From assembly GCF_009914755.1 (NCBI RefSeq), contig NC_060943.1: a stretch of 64,000 bases of DNA, one strand, 5' to 3'. This document shows, piece by piece, positions 55,245 to 64,000 of the stretch. Position numbers and translations under genes: made by a program. How positions within the stretch are numbered: the stretch's first letter is position 1; each line of letters starts with the position of its first letter. A model generated the notes under the pieces. It had not been told where the DNA came from. It saw nothing but the letters and a program-made list of their open reading frames with translations, and did not search any database. This DNA comes from the human T2T-CHM13v2.0 reference genome, Homo sapiens.

Positions 55245-56946
55245 GAATTCTCAGAAACTTCGTTGTGTTGTGTGTTTTCAACTCACAGAGTTCAACGATC
55301 CTTTACACAGAGTAGATTTGAAACACTCTTTTTGTGGAATTGGCAGGGTGGAGATTTCAGCCGCTTTGAGGTCAATGGTAGAAAAGGAAATATCTTCGTA
55401 TAAAAACTAGACAGAGTGATTCTCAGAAACTCCTTTGGGATGTCTGCGTTCAACTCACAGAGTTTAACCTTTCTTTTCATAGAGCAGTTAGGAAACACTC
55501 TGTTTGTAAAGTCTGCAAGTGGATATTCAGACATCTTTGAGGCTTTCGTTGGAAACGGGATTTCTTCATATTCTGCTAGACAGAAGAATTCTCAGAAACT
55601 TCGTTGTGTTGTGTGTTTTCAACTCACAGAGTTCAACGATCCTTTACACAGAGTAGACTTGAAACACTCTTTTTGTGGAATTGGCAGGGTGGAGATTTCA
55701 GCCGCTTTGAGGTCAATGGTAGAAAAGGAAATATCTTCGTATAAAAACTAGACAGAGTGATTCTCAGAAACTCCTTTGTGATGTCTGCGTTTAACTCACA
55801 GAGTTTAACCTTTCTTTTCATAGAGCAGTTAGGAAACACTCTGTTTGTAAAGTCTGCAAGTGGATATTCAGACCTCCTTGAGGCCTTCGTTGGAAACGGG
55901 ATTTCTTCATATTATGCTAGACACAAGAATTCTCAGTAACTTCCTTGTGTTGTGTGTATTCAACTCACAGAGTTGAACGATCCTTTACACAGAGCAGACT
56001 TGAAACACTCTTTTTGTGGAATTTGCAAGTGGAGATTTCAGCCGCTTTGAGGTCAATGGTAGAATAGGAAATATCTTCCTATAGAAACTAGACAGAATGA
56101 TTCTCAGAAACTCCTTTGTGATGTGTGCGTTCAACTCACAGAGTTTAACCTTTCTTTTCATAGAGCAGTTAGGAAACACTCTGTTTGTAAAGTCTGCAAG
56201 TGGATACTCAGACCTCCTTGAGGCCTTCGTTGGAAACGGGATTTCTTCATATTATGCTAGACAGAAGAATTCTCAGTAACTTCCTTCTGTTGTGTGTATT
56301 CAACTCACAGAGTTGAACGATCCTTTACACAGAGCAGACTTGAAACACTCTTTTTGTGGAATTTGCAAGTGGAGATTTCAGCCGCTTTGAGGTCAATGGT
56401 AGAATAGGAAATATCTTCCTATAGAAACTAGACAGAATGATTCTCAGAAACTCCTTTGTGATGTGTGCGTTCAACTCACAGAGTTTAACCTTTCTTTTCA
56501 TAGAGCAGTTAGGAAACACTCTGTTTGTAAAGTCTGCAAGTGGATATTCAGACATCCTTGAGGCTTTCGTTGGAAACGGGATTTCTTCATATTCTGCTAG
56601 AAAGAAGAATTCTCAGTAACTTCCTTGTGTTGTGTGTATTCAACTCACAGAGTTGAATGATCCTTTACACAGAACAGTCTTGAAACACTCTTTTTGTGGA
56701 ATTTGCTAGTGGAGATTTCAGCCGCTTTGATGTCAATGGTAGAATAGGAAATATCTTCCTATAGAAACTAGACAGAATGATTCTCAGAAACTCCTTTGTG
56801 ATGTGTGCGTTCAACTCACAGAGTTTAACCTTTCTTTTCATAGAGCAGTTAGGAAACACTCTGTTTGTAAAGTCTGCAAGTGGATATTCAGACATCTTTG
56901 AGGCTTTCGTTGGAAACGGGATTTCTTCATATTCTGCAAGACAGAA

Positions 56947-59900
56947 GAATTCTCAGAAACTTCGTTGTGTTGTGTGTTTTCAACTCACAGAGTTCAAAGA
57001 TCCTTTACACAGAGTAGACTTGAAACACTCTTTTTGTGGAATTGGCAGGGTGGAGATTTCAGCCGCTTTGAGGTCAATGGTAGAAAAGGAAATATCTTCG
57101 TATAAAAACTAGACAGAGTGATTCTCAGAAACTCCTTTGTGATGTCTGCGTTTAACTCACAGTGTTTAACCTTTCTTTTCATAGAGCAGATAGGAAACAC
57201 TCTGTTTGTAAAGTCTGCAAGTGGATATTCAGACCTCCTTGAGGCCTTCTTTGGAAACGGGATTTCTTCATATTATGCTAGACAGAAGAATTCTCAGTAA
57301 CTTCCTTGTGTTGTGTGTATTCAACTCACAGAGTTGAACGATCCTTTACACAGAGCAGACTTGAAACACTCTTTTTGTGGAATTTGCAAGTGGAGATTTC
57401 AGCCGCTTTGAGGTCAATGGTAGAATAGGAAATATCTTCCTATAGAAACTAGACAGAATGATTCTCAGAAACTCCTTTGTGATGTGTGCGTTCAACTCAC
57501 AGAGTTTAACCTTTCTTTTCATAGAGCAGTTAGGAAACACTCTGTTTGTAAAGTCTGCAAGTGGATACTCAGACCTCCTTGAGGCCTTCGTTGGAAACGG
57601 GATTTCTTCATATTATGCTAGACAGAAGAATTCTCAGAAACTTCCTTGTGTTGTGTGTATTCAACTCACAGAGTTGAACGATCCTTTACACAGAGCAGAC
57701 TTGAAACACTCTTTTTGTGGAATTTGCAAGTGGAGATTTCAGCCGCTTTGAGTTCAATGGTAGAATAGGAAATATCTTCCTATAGAAACTAGACAGAATG
57801 ATTCTCAGAAACTCCTTTGTGATGTGTGCATTCAACTCACAGAGTTCAACCTTTCTTTTCATAGAGCAGTTGGGAAAAACTCTGTTTGTAAAGTCTGCAA
57901 GTGGATATTCAGACTTCTTTGAGGCCTTCGTTGGAAGCGGGGTTTCTTCATATTCTCCTAGACAGAAGAATTCTCAGTAACTTCCTTGTGTTGTGTGTAT
58001 TCAACTCACAGAGTTGAACGATCCTTTACACAGAGCAGACTTGAAACACTCTTTTTGTGGAATTTGCAAGTGGAGATTTCAGCCGCTTTGAGGTCAATGG
58101 TAGAATAGGAAATATCTTCCTATGGAAACTAGACAGAATGATTCTCAGAAACTCCTTTGTGATGTGTGCGTTCAACTCACAGAGTTTAACCTTTCTTTTC
58201 ATAGAGCAGTTAGGAAACACTCTGTTTGTAAAGTCTGCAAGTGGATATTCAGACATCCTTGAGGCTTTCGTTGGAAACGGGATTTCTTCATATTCTGCTA
58301 GAAAGAAGAATTCTCAGTAACTTCCTTGTGTTGTGTGTATTCAACTCACAGAGTTGAACGATCCTTTACACAGAGCAGACTTGAAACACTCTTTTTGTGG
58401 AATTTGCAAGTGGAGATATCAGCCGCTTTGAGGTCAATGGTAGAATAGGAAATATCTTCCTATAGAAACTAGACAGAATGATTCTCAGAAACTCCTTTGT
58501 GATGTGTGCGTTCAACTCACAGAGTTTAACCTTTCTTTTCATAGAGCAGTTAGGAAACACTCTGTTTGTAAAGTCTGCAAGTGGATATTCAGTCATCTTT
58601 GAGGCCTTCGTTGGAAACGGGATTTCTTCATGTTCTGCTAGACAGAAGAATTCTCAGAAACTTCCTTGTGTTGAGTGTTTTCAACTCACAGAGTTGAACG
58701 ATGCTTTACACAGAGTAGACTTGAAACACTCTTTTTGTGTAATTTGCAAGTGGAGATTTCAGCCGCTTTGAGGTCAATGGTAGAAAAGGAAATATCTTCG
58801 TATAAAAACTAGACAGAATGATTCTCAGAAACTCCTTTGTGATGTGTGCGTTCAACTCACAGAGTTTAACCTTTCTTTTGATAGAGCAGTTAGGAAACAC
58901 TCTGTTTGTAAAGTCTGCAAGTGGATATACAGACCTCTTTGAGGCCTTCGTTGGAAACGGGATTTCTTCATATTCTGCTAGAGAGAAGAATTCTCAGTAA
59001 CTTCATTGTGTTGTGTGTATTCAACTCACAGATTTCAACGATCCTTTACACAGAGCAGACTTGAAACACTCTTTTTCTGGAATTTGCAAGTGGAGATTTC
59101 AGCCGCTTTGAGGTCAATGGTAGAATAGGAAATATCTTCCTATAGAAACTAGACAGAATGATTCTCAGAAACTCCTTTGTGATGTGTGCGTTCAACTCAC
59201 AGAGTTTAACCTTTCTTTTCATAGAGCAGTTAGGAAACACTCTGTTTGTAAAGTCTGCAAGTGGATATTCAGACCTCCTTGAGGCCTTCGTTGGAAACGG
59301 GATTTCTACATATTATGCTAGACAGAAGAATTCTCAGTAACTTCCTTGTGTTGTGTGTATTCAACTCACAGAGTTGAACGATCCTTTACACAGAGCAGAC
59401 TTGAAACACTCTTTTTGTGGAATTTGCAAGTGGAGATTTCAGCCTCTTTGAGGTCAATGGTAGAATAGGAAATATCTTCCTATAGAAACTAGACAGAATG
59501 ATTCTGAGAAACTCCTTTGTGATGTGTGCATTCAACTCACAGAGTTTAACCTTTCTTTTCATAGAGCAGTTAGGAAACACTCTGCTTGTAAAGTCTGCAA
59601 GTGGATACTCAGACCTCCTTGAGGCCTTCGTTGGAAACGGGATTTCTTCCTATTATGCTAGACAGAAGAATTCTCAGTAACTTCCTTGTGTTGTGTGTAT
59701 TCAACTCACAGAGTTGAATGATCCTTTACACAGAGCAGACTTGAAACACTCTTTTTGTGGAATTTGCAAGCGGAGATTTCAGCCGCTTTGAGTTCAATGG
59801 TAGAATAGGAAATATCTTCTTATAGAAACTAGACAGAATGATTCTCAGAAACTCCTTTCTGATGTGTGCGTTCAACTCACAGAGTTCAACCTTTCTTTTC

Positions 59901-60687
59901 ATAGAGCAGTTGGGAAACACTCTGTTTGTAAAGTCTGCAAGTGGATATTCAGACTTCTTTGAGGCCTTCGTTGGAAGCGGGATTTCTTCATATTCTGCTT
60001 CACAGAAGAATTCTCAGTAACTTCCTTGTGTTGTGTGTATTCAACTCACAGAGTTGAACGATCCTTTACACAGAGCAGACTTGAAACACTCTTTTTGTGG
60101 AATTTGCAAGTGGAGATTTCAGCCGCTTTGAGGTCAATGGTAGAATAGGAAATATCTTCCTATAGAAACTAGACAGAATGATTCTCAGAAACTCCTTTGT
60201 GATGTGTGCGTTCAACTCACAGAGTTTAACCTTTCTTTTCATAGAGCAGTTAGGAAACACTCTGTTTGTAAAGTCTGCAAGTGGATATTCAGACCTCCTT
60301 GAGGCTTTCGTTGGAAACGGGATTTCTTCATATTCTGCTAGAAAGAAGAATTCTCAGTAACTTCCTTGTGTTGTGTGTATTCAACTCACAGAGTTGAATG
60401 ATCCTTTACACAGAACAGTCTTGAAACACTCTTTTTGTGGAATTTGCAAGTGGAGATTTCAGCCGCTTTGAGGTCAATGGTAGAATAGGAAATACCTTCC
60501 TATAGAAACTAGACAGAATGATTCTCAGAAACTCCTTTGTGATGTGTGCGTTCAACTCACAGAGTTTAACCTTTCTTTTCATAGAGCAGTTAGGAAACAC
60601 TCTGTTTGTAAAGTCTGCAAGTGGATATTCAGACATCTTTGAGGCTTTCGTTGGAAACGGGATTTCTTCATATTATGCTAGACAGAA
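56947..60687 (+). repeat. 22-mer super-repeat copy (3' end recombinant)
   Basis: Same variant order as 42661-46401, offset 14286 bp. Shares private TATTCTCCTAG (~43670/57955) and TTTCTGATG (~45572/59858). Confidence 0.85.
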
Positions 60688-63600
60688 GAATTCTCAGAAA
60701 CTTCCTTGTGTTGTGTGTATTCAACTCACAGAGTTGAACGATCCTTTACACAGAGCAGACTTGAAACACTCTTTTTGTGGAATTTGCAAGTGGAGATTTC
60801 AGCCGCTTTGAGTTCAATGGTAGAATAGGAAATATCTTCCTATAGAAACTAGACAGAATGATTCTCAGAAACTCCTTTGTGATGTGTGCGTTCAACTCAC
60901 AGAGTTCAACCTTTCTTTTCATAGAGCAGTTGGGAAAAACTCTGTTTGTAAAGTCTGCAAGTGGATATTCAGACTTCTTTGAGGCCTTCGTTGGAAGCGG
61001 GGTTTCTTCATATTCTCCTAGACAGAAGAATTCTCAGTAACTTCCTTGTGTTGTGTGTATTCAACTCACAGAGTTGAACGATCCTTTACACAGAGCAGAC
61101 TTGAAACACTCTTTTTGTGGAATTTGCAAGTGGAGATTTCAGCCGCTTTGAGGTCAATGGTAGAATAGGAAATATCTTCCTATGGAAACTAGACAGAATG
61201 ATTCTCAGAAACTCCTTTGTGATGTGTGCGTTCAACTCACAGAGTTTAACCTTTCTTTTCATAGAGCAGTTAGGAAACACTCTGTTTGTAAAGTCTGCAA
61301 GTGGATACTCAGACCTCCTTGAGGCCTTCGTTGGAAACGGGATTTCTTCATATTATGCTAGACAGAAGAATTCTCAGAAACTTCCTTGTGTTGTGTGTAT
61401 TCAACTCACAGAGTTGAACGATCCTTTACACAGAGCAGACTTGAAACACTCTTTTTGTGGAATTTGCAAGTGGAGATATCAGCCGCTTTGAGGTCAATGG
61501 TAGAATAGGAAATATCTTCCTATAGAAACTAGACAGAATGATTCTCAGAAACTCCTTTGTGATGTGTGCGTTCAACTCACAGAGCTTAACCTTTCTTCTC
61601 ATAGAGCAGTTAGGAAACACTCTGTTTGTAAAGTCTGCAAGTGGATATTCAGACATCTTTGAGGCCTTCGTTGGAAACGGGATTTCTTCATGTTCTGCTA
61701 GACAGAAGAATTCTCAGAAACTTCCTTGTGTTGAGTGTTTTCAACTCACAGAGTTGAACGATGCTTTACACAGAGTAGACTTGAAACACTCTTTTTGTGT
61801 AATTTGCAAGTGGAGATTTCAGCCGCTTTGAGGTCAATGGTAGAAAAGGAAATATCTTCGTATAAAAACTAGACAGAATGATTCTCAGAAACTCCTTTGT
61901 GATGTGTGCGTTCAACTCACAGAGTTTAACCTTTCTTTTCATAGAGCAGTTAGGAAACACTCTGTTTGTAAAGTCTGCAAGTGGATATACAGACCTCTTT
62001 GAGGCCTTCGTTGGAAACGGGATTTCTTCATATTCTGCTAGAGAGAAGAATTCTCAGTAACTTCATTGTGTTGTGTGTATTCAACTCACAGATTTCAACG
62101 ATCCTTTACACAGAGCAGACTTGAAACACTCTTTTTCTGGAATTTGCAAGTGGAGATTTCAGCCGCTTTGAGGTCAATGGTAGAATAGGAAATATCTTCC
62201 TATAGAAACTAGACAGAATGATTCTCAGAAACTCCTTTGTGATGTGTGCATTCAAATCACAGAGTTTAACCTTTCTTTTCATAGAGCAGTTAGGAAACAC
62301 TCTGTTTGTAAAGTCTGCAAGTGGATATTCAGACCTCCTTGAGGCCTTCGTTGGAAACGGGATTTCTACATATTATGCTAGACAGAAGAATTCTCAGTAA
62401 CTTCCTTGTGTTGTGTGTATTCAACTCACAGAGTTGAACGATCCTTTACACAGAGCAGACTTGAAACACTCTTTTTGTGGAATTTGCAAGTGGAGATTTC
62501 AGCCTCTTTGAGGTCAATGGTAGAATAGGAAATATCTTCCTATAGAAACTAGGCAGAATGATTCTGAGAAACTCCTTTGTGATGTGTGCATTCAACTCAC
62601 AGAGTTTAACCTTTCTTTTCATAGAGCAGTTAGGAAACACTCTGCTTGTAAAGTCTGCAAGTGGATACTCAGACCTCCTTGAGGCCTTCGTTGGAAACGG
62701 GATTTCTTCCTATTATGCTAGACAGAAGAATTCTCAGTAACTTCCTTGTGTTGTGTGTATTCAACTCACAGAGTTGAATGATCCTTTACACAGAGCAGAC
62801 TTGAAACACTCTTTTTGTGGAATTTGCAAGCGGAGATTTCAGCCGCTTTGAGTTCAATGGTAGAATAGGAAATATCTTCTTATAGAAACTAGACAGAATG
62901 ATTCTCAGAAACTCCTTTGTGATGTGTGCGTTCAACTCACAGAGTTCAACCTTTCTGTTCATAGAGCAGTTGGGAAACACTCTGTTTGTAAAGTCTGCAA
63001 GTGGATATTCAGACTTCTTTGAGGCCTTCGTTGGAAGCGGGATTTCTTCATATTCTGCTTGACAGAAGAATTCTCAGTAACTTCCTTGTGTTGTGTGTAT
63101 TCAACTCACAGAGTTGAACGATCCTTTACACAGAGCAGACTTGAAACACTCTTTTTGTGGAATTTGCAAGTGGAGATTTCAGCCGCTTTGAGGTCAATGG
63201 TAGAATAGGAAATATCTTCCTATAGAAACTAGACAGAATGATTCTCAGAAACTCCTTTGTGATGTGTGCGTTCAACTCACAGAGTTTAACCTTTCTTTTC
63301 ATAGAGCAGTTAGGAAACACTCTGTTTGTAAAGTCTGCAAGTGGATATTCAGACATCCTTGAGGCTTTCGTTGGAAACGGGATTTCTTCATATTCTGCTA
63401 GAAAGAAGAATTCTCAGTAACTTCCTTGTGTTGTGTGTATTCAACTCACAGAGTTGAATGATCCTTTACACAGAACAGTCTTGAAACACTCTTTTTGTGG
63501 AATTTGCAAGTGGAGATTTCAGCCGCTTTGAGGTCAATGGTAGAATAGGAAATACCTTCCTATAGAAACTAGACAGAATGATTCTCAGAAACTCCTTTGT

Positions 63601-64000
63601 GATGTGTGCGTTCAACTCACAGAGTTTAACCTTTCTTTTCATAGAGCAGTTAGGAAACACTCTGTTTGTAAAGTCTGCAAGTGGATATTCAGACATCTTT
63701 GAGGCTTTCGTTGGAAACGGGATTTCTTCATATTCTGCTAGACAGAAGAATTCTCAGAAACTTCGTTGTGTTGTGTGTTTTCAACTCACAGAGTTCAACG
63801 ATCCTTTACACAGAGTAGATTTGAAACACTCTTTTTGTGGAATTGGCAGGGTGGAGATTTCAGCCGCTTTGAGGTCAATGGTAGAAAAGGAAATATCTTC
63901 GTATAAAAACTAGACAGAGTGATTCTCAGAAACTCCTTTGGGATGTCTGCGTTCAACTCACAGAGTTTAACCTTTCTTTTCATAGAGCAGTTAGGAAACA

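Larger units (their letters stand above)
1..64000 (+). repeat. Centromeric alpha-satellite array, SF1 (J1/J2 dimeric), ~170-bp monomers / ~340-bp dimers (~188 dimers)
   Basis: Continuous 340-bp periodicity (GAATTC at 175, 514, 854 and onward; ORF track repeats every 340 bp). B-type monomers carrying CTTCGTTGGAAACGGGA alternate with A-type monomers carrying CAATGGTAGAAAAGGAA at the equivalent position. Typical alphoid motifs are present (TTCAACTCACAGAG, GAAACACTCTTTTTGTGGAATTTGCAAGTGGA). Confidence 0.99.
1..64000 (+). repeat. Probable D1Z7/D5Z2/D19Z3 (S1C1/5/19H1L) live HOR family; chromosome not resolvable
   Basis: 340-bp EcoRI dimer plus ~1020-bp hexamer with diagnostic monomers (GCTTTGGGGCCAAAGGCAG; CCCACAAACTGCGTTGTGATGTGTTCG; ATTTTGACCACTTAGAGG). 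Recognised from memory of this family, not from a database search. Confidence 0.85.
31261..64000 (+). repeat. Pure dimer (340-bp) domain lacking the hexamer-specific monomers
   Basis: No GCTTTGGGGCC, CCCACAAACTGCG or GACCACTTAGAGG seen after ~31.1 kb. Highly homogeneous dimers with private variants (GACATCC, GGCTTTCG, TATTATGC, AGAAAGAAG). Confidence 0.93.

Noticed and set aside
5-63983. Hundreds of 60-124 aa ORFs (MILRNSF..., MFPNCSM..., MQFASVD...)
   Set aside because: They are translations of the satellite repeated every 340 bp on both strands. They are opened and closed at random by point changes and indels, show no coding constraint and resemble no real protein family.
1-64000. CRISPR-like array or repeat-spacer system
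   Set aside because: Conserved motifs are separated by repeated, not unique, sequence; there are no spacers, leader or cas genes.
1-64000. L1/Alu insertion, inversion or non-alphoid island
   Set aside because: The 340-bp register is kept throughout apart from 1-4 bp indels, and all CENP-B boxes are on the same strand.
31261-64000. Calling the dimer domain the kinetochore site or centromere dip region, or assigning a specific chromosome
   Set aside because: This needs CENP-A/methylation data and reference mapping; it cannot be determined from the sequence alone.

Overview
The whole 64 kb is one uninterrupted, single-orientation array of primate (most likely human) centromeric alpha-satellite. 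It is the dimeric suprachromosomal family 1 (SF1, J1/J2) type: ~340-bp A/B dimers, each with one EcoRI site and one CENP-B box position. The diagnostic monomers resemble the D1Z7/D5Z2/D19Z3 (S1C1/5/19H1L) higher-order repeat (HOR) family. I cannot tell which chromosome it comes from. I see no genes, RNA genes, transposons, CRISPR arrays or inversions, and all ORFs are by-products of the repeat. The interest is in the internal architecture. (i) 1-~23 kb: a 6-mer HOR padded with variable numbers of extra dimers (6- to 14-mer units), haplotype I. (ii) ~24.2-31.2 kb: a second, more mutated hexamer haplotype with a ~5.09-kb duplication. (iii) From ~31.3 kb, after an abrupt junction: a pure dimer array whose point variants form a recurring ordered 11-dimer (22-mer, ~3.74 kb) super-repeat with recombinant derivatives. 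Two linked substitutions that perfect a 7-bp dyad next to the A-box become dominant from left to right. All counts and alignments were made by eye. I found no evidence of a new gene-based system.
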